A DNA stretch of 64,000 nucleotides from Phoronis australis (GCA_002633005.1 NMRA01000377.1:54507-118506); one strand, 5' to 3'; shown: positions 1-14,539, counted from the stretch's first letter. Numbers and translations are program-made. Notes: generated from the sequence alone by a model not told the origin.

Positions 1-240
1 AGGTTTCAATTGAGTAATATCCTTGAAAATGTAAGGCTAAATTTGATTCGACACTCCGTCATAACAAACTCTACGATTTTGTATCTTGATGGCAGGCCAT
101 CACTGAACTAGCGAATGACGGCTCAACTTCTCTCAACATGAGTGCGTCAGTAAATGTTGTTCCCGCCCTTTGATGACCTTTGAGGAATATCCCAGAGTTC
201 ATTGCAAAATTTAATTTACACATGCGCATTGACAGTATTG

Positions 241-324
241 CAAATGGCGGCACTTGTTATTGTTTCATGGCGTACATAAAATTAAGCAAAATTGACGGTA
301 AAATTTGATCACAATAAGGTAGGT
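241..324 (+). promoter_or_regulatory. Candidate TSS region and non-coding first exon of the NCOA6-like gene
   Basis: YY1-like CAAATGGCGGC at 241-251 followed by the donor-like AAG|GTAGGT at 318/319. No transcript data, so this is inference. Confidence 0.4.
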
Positions 325-2599
325 TGAGAGTTTCTGTTTACTGTCATGCACAGATGCATCTTATTTTTATTGAATGCGTACGTTTTCGTAGCCTTGATCG
401 CTTTAATGTTTAACATCTAGCAGGTTCAAGTATGGGCCTACATGTCGAGTTGAAAGAATTCTCATGAAAAAATGTAATCCATACCTGGTAATTGACAATA
501 TCTTAGTTTGGACATCATTGTATTTTTCCGTACCTAAACTGGATCACTGTTTTGAAAATGTATTTATGAAATCGGCGGTGTTTTCTGACATCAGTTGAGA
601 TGTCAACGATTCCAACTTTTAACTGACGCGTGTCTGCAAAATGTCGCGGGGTCGTTGCGTTAGATTCGTTGTGCCTTGTGCCCTTGTGGGAGTCACTGTC
701 TTTCTTTTTCAGTATCTTTGTGCTCACAAACGCATTTAGATGCACATGAATCGCTGCCTTTTTAATTTTTAGGAGGTAAACTGCTTAACAGATTCTTCAT
801 GGTTTTGATTCTACCAATTAACAATTCAGCATTTCTGTTTTTGTGTAATATTTTTGTAATACTTTTTACTGCATTGTCTTATAACATCGTTTGTTTTTAG
901 CTTCAAATGCGTGGACATTTAAAACTGACAATTTATTATGAAAAGTTGAAATATTTTGATTTCTATCAAAATAGCGCCCTGAAATAAAAGACCATAAAAA
1001 TTGGTCAAATGAGAAGGCTTGTTTGATAAGACATATTGATGTTATCTTCATACTTGTTTACATTTCATCTACGGCATCAAGAAATGGGAAACTTTTAAGT
1101 AGCAAAGTAGCTGGTGCTCAAATGGGACCAGTAGACAGTACCACTGGCTCCAGTAGAGACTGACCATGGTCATCCCGTTAGGCCCTCCATACGCCGGAAG
1201 CTTTTCTGCAAATTGTGCCTCACATTTATTAACCATCAAAGCCATGTTGCTATCAGTACCTTTTGCAGATAGAAGGGCCGCATGCTATTGATGAGGACGA
1301 GGAATCATTTTGACTTTTATTTAAAATACATCATGTCTAATCACATCCACTGTAAAAGGGCCTTTTATCAAATCAAACATGTTCCCCTATGCCACTCGCT
1401 ATGAAGACGAAGTACCTCCTGTTATAGCCTGGTGGCGATCAGAGTCGCTGATCCTGTGATCAGCCCCTTGTCTTCCTGAAAGTCTCCCAGTGTTAAAGTG
1501 GAACTTGCACGTTAACGCCTTATCTCTGTGATTGCTTGGTGAAATTAGTTAGAAACACAACATATAGCGATGATGTGAACGTGAAGTCATTTGAAAATTG
1601 TCAAATGTTTTTGAGAACGAGTTTTTGTGTCAAGAATGATCCACCGTAAATCACTTGACCGTATCCGGTGAGTGATGTGACGTTGGGGAATAGCACTGCA
1701 TGATGCAGGCTATGGTGCTAAGGTTACCTGTTTGCAGATTTTTTTGGTTTTTACATTTACAAGTTGTCACTCCACTTTGTTTAGCGTAGATGATGTTCAA
1801 AGTAGCATTGTCGTTTAATTCCTGCTAGACATTAGTGTAGTTAGGAGCATGCAAATACATCTGTAAGCTTTTCTGAGGTTAGGTCAAGAAATGTAGACAA
1901 TCAAAATACACTGCTAACACCATTAAATATTCAGCAGTCACTTCATGTATATACTCCCTGAAGTACTATTTGAATCAAAGTCACGAAAGCAGTCTGGAAT
2001 TTAAATCAGTTAATTTAGTTGAAACATGCTCTTAAGAACGGAGCTTCAAACCCACATTTTAACATTGTATTCCTGCTTAGCTGCAAGTGCCGTAGTGTGC
2101 TTGAATTTTGAATTGCGCTTAATCTCAAGATCGCATATGGCTGAACTTGAAATTGCATGTTAAAGCAATCAAGTAAAATTTGTTCAGTTTTCAGAATTTT
2201 TATAACTGTTGGCCTCTCGTTCACCTGTTTTCTCCTTTTTAAGAACTTGTATTCCGGAATCGGAGGAGTTTATGAATGGTTAATCAATTATTGTTTGGTG
2301 AATAAGATCGGCAATATACTAAAAAAAGCTCATTAAAAATTACGTTATTTTATTAATGTGTGATATAGTTTAGTGCAGTGCAATTTTTTATCGTGGTGAA
2401 TTTGGTTATTTAAGTGAACTTGCCAAGTATTTTCAGGTATTCCAAGTTCACACACATGATCTGAAGATGAAACGAAATACCAAATTCAAGCACTACAGTA
2501 GCACAAGCAGTTAGACAATAAAAGTCATCAACAAAACTTTAGGTCACAAAGCTCATTTTAGCAATTTAGACATTTGAACTGTTTTGATTTTTAGATGTA

Positions 2600-4150
2600 G
2601 GTGCATGTTGCCGTTTTCTCTGTCTGAGCGTCCATGGCTATATCTCCTAAACCTCTTTCAGGATGATAATGAGATTTGGCGCACCTGTTGCTATGGTGCT
2701 CAAGGCGAATGACAAGTTTTAGTCCGATTCGAATACTGCTGTGTCCCCTAGTGGCAATTTCATTTTTTTATGTTTGCCTCTGTATCTTTGGAGTTTCGTA
2801 ATGGATTTTTTTGTGAAATTCGTTAAATAGGTTTTTTATTAACAGGGCAATAATACCATTCCATTTACGAGTGAATTTGATAGATTTTACCCCCACCTTG
2901 TGGCCATTTTTGTTATTATTGCGTCTGTTTTCTGGCATCCACCTTTCTATCTGCCAAAATACTCAAAGGATCATTATGAAAACTTACATATATGTTCCAG
3001 ATGAGAAGGCAACAATTGGCGTTCACTTTTGGACAGGTCCGATTACTGTGTCGCCCCCTAGTGGTGATTTTGTTTTTTGCGTCTGGGGCCAAATCTCCTT
3101 GATTCTTTGAGGGAGCTTTGTAAAATTTGAAAGATGTATTCCTATGGAGACGATGACAAACATTAAGGAGTGTCGATCTGATCCAAATACCACTGTGCCA
3201 TCTATTGACAGTTTTTGATGTTTGGCTTTGTATATTCAGAGCATATAAATGTATTTTCATAAAATTCGACAAATAGGTTTCTTTTAAGGAGATGCGAGTG
3301 CCTTTCCGTTTTTGGACAGATTTGTTGTTTTCTGCACCACCTGGTGGCCATTTTTGTTGTTTCTGGCGTCCACTTCTTCATCTGCCATACCACTGAAAGG
3401 ATCATTATGAAATTTAGAGATGTGATCCTGTGGAGAAGGCTTCCACTGATGCTGACATTCGGACATGACTGACTACTGTGTCACCCCCTGGTGGCAATTT
3501 TTTTGCGTCTGCAGCCAAATCTCCTTAACTCTTTGAAGGAACTTAGTGAAAATTACAAGATGTGTTTCCATGGAGTCAATGACAAGTGTGGAACTGATCC
3601 AAATGTAACTGTGCCCTCTAGTGGCAATTTTTTGTATCTTCAGAGCTCATTTATGTATTTTCATGAAATTTTGCAGAAAGGTGACCATTTAAAAGTTTTT
3701 ACGTATGTTTTTGACACCTGCCTCTCAATCTGCCAAACCACGCAAAGGATCATTAGCAAAAGTTGATGATTGTATTCCTTATGAAAAGACCCCAGCTGAC
3801 ATTGATTTTTGGATGTTTTGGATTATGCTGGTGCTCCTTAGGAGCAATTTTGCTTTTTTGCATCTATGGCTTTATCATATTATTATTCGCGAAGTTTGGC
3901 GGATGTGCTCCTGTAGATATGACAACAAATTACAATGAGTTTCAAACCAATCTGAGTACAGCTGTGCCCCCTAGTGTCAATTGTTTTTACATTTCCCTCT
4001 ATATCTTAGGAGTTCCTTGGCTTATTTTTAAGAAATTTGGCCAATAGTTGTGTATTAAGGAGACGGCGCCACCTTCTCAAGTCAGACGAGTTTGACATAT
4101 GTGCCATCTAATGGCCATTTTTATGCTAAAAGCACTCATAGAAGCACATT
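2600..4150. repeat. Degenerate tandem/compound repeat with recurring (C)CCCTAGTGGC cores
   Basis: Related blocks such as ACTGTGCCCTCTAGTGGCAATTT and AAAGGATCATTATGAAA recur every ~130-350 bp. Confidence 0.75.
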
Positions 4151-4985
4151 GTTTGCGGTGCTGTCGTGGGAGCATTTCAATGCTCCGCGTTGCTCTTATT
4201 GTGTAGAAAGTTCTATGGTTTTTGCATAAATCATTAGATGTTGAATAATGTTCATGAATAATACTTATTTTTCTGTAATTCGCCACCTGTCTATTGTTAC
4301 ACATGTAGGTCATGTGAAAAAGGGTCACTTTGTAGAGTCCTTGACTGGCACAATGTGACAAAACTTTCGGTATCAAAGCATAATACAACAAAAGAAAAAG
4401 ATGGATTGCAATCTGAGTGAAAACTGGTGGTTTATTGTACAGCAGCTTGTAGTGACAGTATACAATCTGACAGCATGCAAAACTGAGCTGAATGCCATCA
4501 CTGAACAACGACGCTGCACCACTACCCACTCATTTTTTATGGAACGTAACCCGCATTATTCACAAGCGCCAAAGTTTTATTTTGTTGTTTTTTCATCGGC
4601 ATCGTTTTAACTGAATAATCAACGTTTGTGCTTCTGTTTTGTCTGGAGCTGTGGTAATATCGGGAACTTTTTGATTTTAGTCCTCGTCAAATAATTAGGT
4701 CATGATAGAACACTGCGAAATTGACGGACAAAAATGTTGGTCTTTGAGGTAATATGTAGTTCCCATCTTTTCTCCAATTGCAGATAAGTCTTCAAAGATG
4801 ATGGAAATATTGTAATTTTATTAGCAATAAATTCTTTCTTTATTCAACCTATTGCTGTTGTGAGCCGCGACTGTATGTCATGATCCGTGATTGTCGTGAG
4901 CCATGTCTGTCATGACTTGCTATTGTCGAGTTCCTTGTACGTATAGATTGATACAGAATTGTTATTACAGCACATTATAACTCTG

Positions 4986-5215
4986 GTGGGGCCTTCACCC
5001 ACCTGAGGGGAAAGGTGCCTGCTGAGAGAATTTTTTTGGTTGAGTGGAAAGTTCACCACTCTTCCCCAACCACCAATTCCATCCCTCAGGCGACACCCCT
5101 CTTCAGCAGTGCCTCAAGTAATCAAAACTAACATTTTGCATTAGTGATTTTAACCATGGAAGGCCCTTTTTACTCATAGGAAGGTAATTTTAGGGCCTGA
5201 GAAGAATTTCACATA
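4986..5215 (+). repeat. Dispersed repeat family; other copies at ~8560-8640 (inverted) and ~49904-50163
   Basis: Shared GGGCCTTCACC...CTGAGGGGA and TGCCTCAAGTA.CAAAACTAAC segments, aligned by eye. Confidence 0.6.
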
Positions 5216-8200
5216 GTTATTTTATAAAAGGGAATGGGGCTGATTGGCCCCAATACGTCACAAAATTGGTTCAACTCAGGAGTTGGTAACCAACAGTATA
5301 GCTTAGGAAGTGCATCCAGCCCTATCCAACAATTTTGTGTAGCCATGACAACATGTTAGCAACTTATTTCAGTTGTGTGCGTTAGGCCTGTGGACAATTT
5401 CCATCTATCTTTGTAAATCTTAAATGTGCAAAATACCGCTGCGTTCCATCACACAGCCTGACACATCTATAAATATAGTAAAATTGTATCAATTAAGTGA
5501 GGACGCAATATGGTGGACAAGTCAAGTTTTATTTGGTCATTTTTATAAAAGACGGTGATCACCAAAATAAGACTGTACTTTACCAACATAGTGTCATTCA
5601 CATGAAAAAGTTACAAGTAGTTTTTAGTCAATGGCCTCACGTAGATCCAATTTTCATCTTAGGGCCACCACAGGCTGAGAGCTACGCGCTCAACTCGCCG
5701 CCTCAAGTTAAATTTACCTCATGTCATTGCTATCTGCCCACAGTGAGGCAAAATGTTCACCACTTGTAAACTACGCTTGTAGCAGTCGGCGTAAATGCAG
5801 TACACGCAGTTACAATAACCATCGAAATAGATTTGTTGTTGTCTTTTACGGTAACACACTATGGTAATTTATGTCTTTTGGCTACTCAGTGGTGTTGGCT
5901 ATGCTTTTAGCTCACTTTGCCTGTATGCTAAAGTTTCGAACTACAGGTATGGGTTGAATGACACTTTGATATGTCAACAGAGTCCTGCCCTCTTGTGGTC
6001 TGAAGCACAACTAACAAACTCTTCTCTAACAGTTAGTTCTGAGGATATTTTCTTGGTCGCTTAGCAACACATGTCTGGATTTTTTTTACTGAAAGCCAAC
6101 TTTTGATTTAGACCACTTACTAGGAAATTGCTCTTAACTTGTTACTTTTTTAGTTGAGAGATTTCTTGGTTGGCAAAACTGGCAGTTTGTCATTAGTTGA
6201 GACCATACTCAAGGCATGAAATGTTCCTTCGTGACAAATTAACATGTAGAGCCTGGTCTCAAGGAGTAACCAGCTGTCAACTTTGCAACGCTAACTTATC
6301 TAAATCAAGGAGTTTGTTTTTGCGATGAAAGGTAGCTTTGTAGCAATTTTAATGAATAAAACTTTATCTTGATGATTTAAAATGTTTCACTATGTTGTGC
6401 GTTAACCCTATCTGATATTGTAACTATTTAGTCAGATGTAGGGCTTAAGTATCCACTGCATTGGAAATCTATGCTTGATAAATCTGAATGTCTTAAAATG
6501 TCATTTGATTAGTCTGTCTCCTGTTAAGAAACAGTCGCAAAACCATAAGTGAGATTGGCACCGGGAGTCCATTGGATGAAAAGTGACTTAAGGCAAGACA
6601 GAAATTTGCTCTTACGCTCCTACTTAATGGTGAATACGTTATAGCCGAGAAATAATTTATAGAAATTATCCTAGTAACTTACAGTTATGTGTATGTTCTC
6701 AGAGACTTCCTGTTTTTACTCGAGTGAGATTTACGATTATTATTCAAAAATGTTCTTTGGAGCCTACGACCAAATTTCTGACTGAATGATGCATATGCCT
6801 GCTTTTAACTATACTAATGTATAGCAGGAACTAAACGACACTATGCTATTTTAACGTAATCCTCGCTGAACAAAGTGCAGTTGTATTCAATGACAATTTG
6901 TAAACGTGAAAACAAAAAATTCTGCAAGTAGGTGACCTTTGCACTAATGACGACGTACCTCGCACAGCCCGCATCATGCAGTGTCATTCCCCAACACCAC
7001 GTTACGATACTCACTGAACACGGTTCAGTTATTTGTGGCGGATCATGTTTGCCACAAAACTCGTAAAAACATTTTGAAATTTTCAACCTACTTCATACTC
7101 ACGTCGTCGTTATACGTTACATGTTTCTTACTGATTTGGCCAAGCATTCACAAAGATAAGTTATTAGCCTGCAAGTTACACAAGTCTTAAATCACTTTTC
7201 GTGAAACCGATTTCAACCTACATGTATATCTGAATTACAATCATTACCTGATATTTGCCCCTATAAACTGATTTTTGTTTCATTTTTCTCCAACTATTGT
7301 TTCCCTTATCCATCAATCATGTGATGTCAATATGGTTCAAGTAGTGACCCGTCCTTGACCTCACAACTTCATTTGCAAATCTGCAGTTTGCAGAAACAGC
7401 AGGCACCTCATTGATAAGTTGTCACTCCTCTAAATTAAGTTACAGCCATTGCTCACTGGTGATGGTTGCAAGGCTTTTTAGCAATCCTAGCTTTAAAGGG
7501 CTGGACCTTATCCAGAGGTCTGCATTCAGCTAAATATTGAATACTGAATGCAGCTTAGTAAAGGAATTGCATATTTTCTGAAAATAGTTTGCCTATAGAA
7601 TTTAATTTTTGTCTTTATACCAATCTGTCATTGATTGGGTCACGTGACCATGTCTTTAGTAAAGTTTAGCCTTCTCGAATCATTTGAGATTTACTGAATC
7701 TGGTGACTACTTTTATTGACCAATTCCTTGTACTTTAGTTGTTCTATCGCACTTGCACTGCAGGTCGCATTTTTGCTCTATCACCGTACAGTTTTGCCAC
7801 AATTGTGAAAATAGGAAGGTCCGTTTTGGGGTGAAATCGGACACGTGATACTAGTAGTCTTTTTGGAGTTTTAGCTTGTGTCCTCAAGACTTGTTTGTAT
7901 TGTCATCAGTTTCATGCTCCGACTAAACATTCTCTAATTAGTTGAGATTTTCTGATTTGATGAAATGGGAAATTCGTGTATTTTACGTTTTTGTAACGAA
8001 ACTTTAAAAACACTTACTCATGGGGTTCTCCCTTAATAATAATCCAAATATTCTGAGCATGTCACTGTTATTTATACCAAAAATGAGTCACAAATAAACA
8101 CCCCTTTTTTACAACACTATTTCAATCATTTGTCTTGCTGTTTAAACATGACTTATGATTTAAAACATGGATCAGAGCTTTTCAAACGTGTCTCGAGCTA

Positions 8201-8767
8201 TACAAATGTGATGCTGAACAAAATGCCAAGCCCAGTTTTTTAACCTGGTCTCTAGAGGGAGTGAATTGTCAGTTCTTCCAAGTTCAGAAATCACATCTCT
8301 TAGAATCGGAGTGAGGAACAATTTCAGACTACGTTTACGTAAGTCGGTAGTCAGATATAGTCCTTTTTGGCAGAAGGCGATTTAGTGAGACAATGCAGAG
8401 CCCCCGATGCTTCGATATTGGGGTCAAATATCACCTCTATTCTTCCCAGAAGCTTTTTTAAAAATTACGTAAGAATTCCCCTTCAAGTCTGATTACAAAT
8501 ACCCGTCAAGATTAGATTCACTTTTTATCTTGCACTGTCCCTGGAGTTGATGGCAACCGGGACGGGTGATTTTCCCTCACCCAAAAATCCCCTCAGAAGG
8601 CACGGGCCCCTCTCCCCTCAGGTGAACGAAGGCCCTTCAGTCAAGCTCTCGTGGTTGTGGTTACTATTAACGTTCAGTTTGGCCCACTTGTATCTTATGT
8701 TCCATAGCTGTTGTTCTCACTGCCTTGACACAGAATCTTTCTGTTTCAGGTTTACTGTGGGTCAGTC

Positions 8768-8888
8768 ATGGGACCCCAGGAAGACTATGTGGAGACAGTG
8801 GTCACCTGTGTTGGTGACTACTATGACCCAGAGTTCCCCAGCCAGCTACGCAAGTTCCGGCACAGTTTACAAAAATTGCTGTTCTCCG
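8768..8888 (+). CDS. NCOA6: NCOA6-like coactivator, coding exon 1
   Basis: Acceptor TTTCAG|8750, ATG at 8768, donor G|GTACGT (phase 1). The peptide TVVTCVGDYYDPEFPSQL...LQKLLFS joins in frame to [16 protein letters not shown], restoring the NCOA6 N-terminal domain. Confidence 0.85.
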
Positions 8889-9656
8889 GTACGTGTTTCA
8901 CATCAGATTTAACATCATGTCTTCACGAAACTGCTGTGTTGTGTTTTGTATAGGGCAGACTTTGTTGCTGTTTTTTTACTCCTGGACCACTACTTGACAC
9001 TTGTCTTGAAAGTTGATCAATTGCATGTCATACTTCGAGTAAAATTCCAAATTTGTCCTCGAAATTTTCTGTATGATTGGCTAAGCAGAGTAGGGCAACT
9101 TTATGTCCATGGTCAAGATCAGGAAAAAAGGGGTTTTCACTGACTGTTCTAACAGGGCACCCTCTTTTAATTTCAGGTACTGACTTCACTGTCTTATTAA
9201 ATTCTGCTTTTTTCTCCCTGTTTTAAATTTGTTGAACCAGCTTGTCCTTTGTGGATTTCCAAAAAAGCCCTACCACTATAAAGACCCCATAGAGTTGTTT
9301 TGAAAATGAGGGCTGAAGAAGCCTCTGGGTTTTCTTTTGTAATCTTTTTGCATTTCTGGTATGGTATTTCTGGTTTGTAAGATGTGGCAAAAATGTCATC
9401 GAGTTGAGTGGAGGGTATAAGTTGCCTAAAATTTGGAACAGCTTGATCACAACACCACTTAGTGTCCAATAACTTCGGACGGCTGATGCTGATAGGAGCC
9501 AAAACTGTCAAGGTAATTTGTGCTTTTCTGGTTGTGAAAATAAGAAACTAGCAACCTATTTGACTTCTGGCTGAAGTGGGAAGGCAAAAAGCTAAATGAC
9601 TCATTGATAAACAACCCCCTGTATATTGTGCAAAACCCCATTCCTTCACCTATTGT

Positions 9657-10162
9657 CAGGGCTTGGAATTTTCCGCGGAAACGCGGATTTCCGCTTTTTT
9701 CAAATGTGCTTTCCGCTTTTTTATAATATTTCCGCGTAAAAAAAATGGGATTTGATATAAAATTTCCGCGGGAAATTCCTTTCTTACCGCGGCGTTGCAG
9801 ACGACGTTCACCTCGAAAAGCGAAAGTTGCTCTTTATGTTTCGGAGGAACGTAAATTGTCAACATTGCCGGGATTACTGGGACAGCCTGGTGGGAGATTT
9901 TCAATGGCGTCTTGTGTTATTGTTAAGCGGGGCGACAAATACTACCGCTCTGCAGCCAAAAATGTGTGGGTTGGGAGTGGACGGGCGAGCTGAAAGGACG
10001 CAGATGCATGCTACTGATGGTGGTAACGTGTTTTTTTTTTTTAGTCCTCCCGATTTTTGTGTCGGGGAATGGTTCACACTGACCATTTCAAGGCTGGTTA
10101 TCGGGCAAGATTTGGGCCGTAAAAGTTTCCGCGTTTTTTGTCATTGGTCATTCCAAGCCCTG
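9657..10162. mobile_element. Non-autonomous DNA transposon (MITE, hAT-like CAGGG termini)
   Basis: TIR CAGGGCTTGGAAT ... ATTCCAAGCCCTG. The flanks TATTGT/TATAGT look like a 6-bp TSD with one mismatch, and there are subterminal TTCCGC repeats. Confidence 0.8.
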
Positions 10163-10286
10163 TATAGTTTACTGCATTAGCAAAAAATGCTAAAATTTCA
10201 CAAAAATGCAAGAAATGAGCTCTGAATTGTGTGTATCAAGAATACATGTGTACATTCCTAAGGTGTGTTTCTCCTTTCATTTGCAG

Positions 10287-12470
10287 ATTCGCGGAAGCTG
10301 ATAGTGAAAAAGGTTGAGCCGTGGAACAGCGTGCGTGTTACGTTTAACATCCCAAAGGAGGCAGCACAGCGGCTACAGCAACTGGCACAGCAGGGAGACC
10401 ACGCTTTGCGAGAGCTCGGCATTCTTGCTGTCCAAGTGGAAGGCGACCAGATTATATCTCTAACCATTGCTGGACGGAATAATGAGAGGACGGAGCTGGT
10501 ATTCCGCACCAGTGGCAGTGCGAGTAGCAGCACCCACTCTCAGCCAGGACCGTCCTCGTCCTTTTCAAGTGCAGACGAGTCCAGCGTGCCAGGACCGAAT
10601 CACAGCGAAGCCACACGCAAGAACATTGCTCATTACCTGAGTCAGCAAGGTGCCACTAGTGTGTTTGACTCGCTCTTCCGCGGCAACGAGCCGGAAGTGT
10701 TCAAATCTCCCAATGTGGTTGCACCGCACGGAAATCCGCTGCCATTTCGTCAGCCGTTGCCGAGCCATCAGCCAATGAACACTGGTGGTGCGGTGGGTGC
10801 GTTTAATTTCACCCATGGGCGTCCTCCTCCTGGTTATCCAGCGAACATAGCGTCACCTTCAGGCAGTCCTCCGAGACAGCTAAACCCCAGTGCAACTTTG
10901 CCTCCAGGCGTTCAGCAGCCAACAATGCATCCCTACCAGCGGTTGCCTCAGGCTGGTCGCCGGGGACTGACGTCATCCAGTCCTCTGTTGGTCAATCTTC
11001 TTCAGGCTGACTTGTCCGCGGGTCATGTGAACAATTTTCAGTCGACACAGATGTCAGAACTGTTCTTCAGTGAGGTTCCCCATCCAGTACAGGCACCAAA
11101 GAAACGGCGGAAGTCACGCAAATCTAAAGATGGTTCCGACAAGCGATCGTCATCACCCGGTTCGGCAGCGACATCTCCGGGCCAGGCCGAGGCATCACGT
11201 GCAAACTCGAGCTCCCCACGGAGCTCCGCAACCCAGCCATTGGACCCTTTACAACAGAGGCTGCGCGACGAGCGAATCATGGAGGCCATTAATACTGTCG
11301 CTGAAAGCGCCTATAGGGAATTAAATAATGACAGTCCCACAGACAATATGGATGCCAAATATTTGGGTCAAGAGTCGAGTAGTGAAAAGATGAGTAGTGA
11401 CTCACCTGTGAGTTCAGATGCTTTTGTTAATCCGTTAGTAAGACTGCCAGGTGAATTTAGTGAGTCTAGAGGTGAGCAGAGTGTTGAAAGGACTTGTTCG
11501 GAGCCAGTTAATCAAAACTCATTGGAAAGTTGTGGCGATCAACCCACGTGCAACAGTATGCAAACTTCTCATGGGAGTGAGGTGCTAAAAAATGTTGCCA
11601 GCGATCCTCCAAATACCGCACAAGCTGGCTCCGCGGTAACAGTTTCCACGGAGAGTACAAACTACGGTCACATAACAATTAAAGTAGGCGATCATGGTGG
11701 AAGTAGGCACGCTCCAGAAATGAACAATCTGCAAAGCATTGCCCCAGTTACGCCCCCCGCAGAGGCCGACTCTTCCCCTGGAGGGAACGGACTCCCAAAA
11801 TATCTACCTCTCAAAAATGTCGTAGGAGACGGAAATTTGGGCAGCACTGACGACGTGCCAGCGCTGAGAATATCTGAACAGTCAACCTTGCCGAACAATG
11901 TTGGCGAGTGCAAGCAGACTGTGAATTCTGAAAGCGGTGATGATATTAAAAATTCGCACACGGACCACGATGCCGTGCAGTCTAATTCCGTCGAACCCTA
12001 CACTCACACACGCATTGGCGACATTCAAAACTGTACGCTCACAAGCTCTGTAGGCATGAGTCCACAGAGCGCGGGAACTGCCAGCTCGGAGAGCCCGCAG
12101 TCGACACCTCTCCTATCCAATCCTGAACAAGACATGAACATTGTCACTGTTGGATGCGTTCTCAGTGACTCATCAGCGCCTCGCGTTGAAAAATCTGATT
12201 GGCCGATGGATATTGACCGTGACCTTCCAAAGGATTTCAAGTCCAGTCTTCTCGGCGATCTCAGGTCGGACATGGCAGCAATAGTAAAATCTGGTTTGGA
12301 CTTTCCTAAAGGCAGCCTGCCTGGTACTGAACATTTGGAGAACAAGGTGTTATGTGGGGATATCATCCTTAGTAACCAGACTGATGGCAAGGCTAATTCT
12401 GCTGGAACCTGTGGGGAAGTGAGTTCAGAGCCTTGCTTGTCGAGTGTAAATCTCACTGTGGAAAGCAAAG
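10287..12470 (+). CDS. NCOA6: NCOA6-like coactivator, coding exon 2 (N-terminal domain, LxxLL NR box)
   Basis: [40 protein letters not shown] is the NCOA6 signature. SPLLVNLLQ (near 10985-11002) matches the NCOA6 LxxLL-1 box. Boundaries are TTGCAG| and G|GTTAGT. Confidence 0.93.
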
Positions 12471-12577
12471 GTTAGTGCAACACAATAGAATATTGTCCTG
12501 TAATTTAAAGCCCAAATTTCACCCCGTCTTCCGTTTTTGTTGAATTTTACTGAAGACACGGTCACATGACCTAGTTA

Positions 12578-12692
12578 TTGGCAGGTGGTAAAAAGTCAAA
12601 TGTCAAATTCGACACGCTTTCTACTTTCTGAAAATATATGTACTTTTACAGAGTTAAAATCAAATAGTTTTGGAGATAATTGGCTAAACGCT
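12578..12692 (+). repeat. Dispersed repeat; other copies at ~34688-34800 and ~42102-42198
   Basis: Shared CAGGTGG.AAAAAGTCAAA..TCAAATTC.ACA.CTTTCTAC...GTACTTTTAC. Confidence 0.7.
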
Positions 12693-12864
12693 CCCGATTT
12701 GTTGACAAAGCGCTTCATAACCTCAAGTAAAGTTACAGTGTATCATTTCTAGTTTTTCTTTTACTTCAATTCTATAAATTTTATATTCATTTGGTTCTAT
12801 CCAGCCAGATAACAATTAAACTGGTGCAAATTAACTCTGGCGTAACACTTTCAAGGCAGTGGGT

Positions 12865-12939
12865 CTTGCACATGGTAACCTTGTCTCCTTGCACATGGTA
12901 ACCTTGTCACCTTGCACATGGTAACCTTGTCTCCTTGCA
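12865..12939. repeat. 23-bp minisatellite, ~3.3 copies
   Basis: CTTGCACATGGTAACCTTGTC(T/A)C repeated three times plus CTTGCA. Confidence 0.95.
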
Positions 12940-14539
12940 TAACTACCCGTGCAGACAGCAGTGTTGAAGAGGAAGTAATTGTAAACCGCCTGCTTGTCTG
13001 ATCATATTGGTTCTTTTATCCATAACGAGTCTTCTATCACCAGTTTCATGGTAGTGAAGGATCGAAGGTGAATAGCCGCTGGCAAACCTTACTCAGACTG
13101 GAGCGAATAGTTGTTTGGACACAGTTTTTGATAACAATTCCCTTTAAGTACCCAAAACTGCCATTTTCATTGTCAAAATCAACCCTTCCTGTCAGACAGG
13201 AGGAAGTTGGTGCTTGTGAACGTTGCTAGGCAGTTTGTGAATTACATGGTAAAGTGTAATTCGTTTTGAATATATGGACTTTGGTCACCTAAGGGGAAGA
13301 AAGTTGCATGTGTCCTCTGAGATGGGACTTTTTTGGTTGGGGGGACAATTGCAAATTCCTTCTTCCACTTCTTCCGACTCGTTTTCCCGGCAGTTGCGCG
13401 AAGCACTGCTGAAACAGATTGCCATGACGTCCACAATCATTAGTGGCATTTGTCGTACTAGTGCTGAAATATCATTGGTTTGCTTTGTTAACTCCTGCAA
13501 ACTTCTCATTAGCTACACTAGATTCACTCTTCTGGTCCAGACGGTCAACCGGTTAACACATCCGATTGGTTCTTGATGACGGGGTTTGGTTTACAAACCA
13601 ATGGCTTGTCTAAACAGGTGAAGCTGGCTCAACCAGGAGAGTGAACCAATTGCAGTGCAAGTGTTACCCCGTTTCGAAAAGTATGCGCTTTTTTGAAGGT
13701 GCGGGATTAACAGCATCATGGGGGGCAGTTAGGTCTGCAGGCTTATTTTTATATTTTCTCGTTTTGCGGCAATTGAATTCACACATGTGATCGAGGGTTT
13801 GGAGTTGGTGAAGTATTGTTACCTGTTAAATTTCTCGGCTACTGGTGGTTTGGGACACTTTATATTTGGGTGCACTTTCTGGAGTAAAGAGTTATCTACA
13901 AATATGAAGTGAAAATGGATTTGTTATTTAAAGTAAGGCGTTGGAAGCTGTATTGCATCCTGTTTAGCTCTATAAACCTGGAAATCGGATTGGACCTTTT
14001 GTTCTGATAAAATTGGTTTCGTGTTATTTCTTACTGTGATATGATTCCATTTCCGTTACCAACTCAAGTCACTGGCAATGCGTACGCACCATTTTCGAAC
14101 TCGTAATTTTGGGGTTTCCCAACCCCTATAAATTTTGAAGTGTTTTTTGAGTCGTTGGGGGCTTCGATGTTCTCATCGGTAGCAAGGGTCGGTAGCAAGG
14201 GACGATTTCGTAGCCAGCTAATTGGGGCAAAATGCAGCTTTAAACATAACGCTATGCCACTGTTTCAATAATCCTGACCTGTGTCGCTCTCACTGTTGAA
14301 AACAAAATTTACCCTTGATTTGTGATGAAATTGTTCAGCAAAAACACCAGACTGAAATTGACTTGTTACAGCTAGGGTCTGCTGCCCGTTCCTCAGTGAA
14401 CAGCTGCTCTTGAAGGAGTGGTCGTGGTGGATGGTACTGTAATTATTCCAAATGTTATTTTGTTTGACGTGAGCAGCATTTGTGCGCTAATGAACAGAAG
14501 TGGTTGATGTTAAATGTATGTATTGTTTATCGTCCTCAG

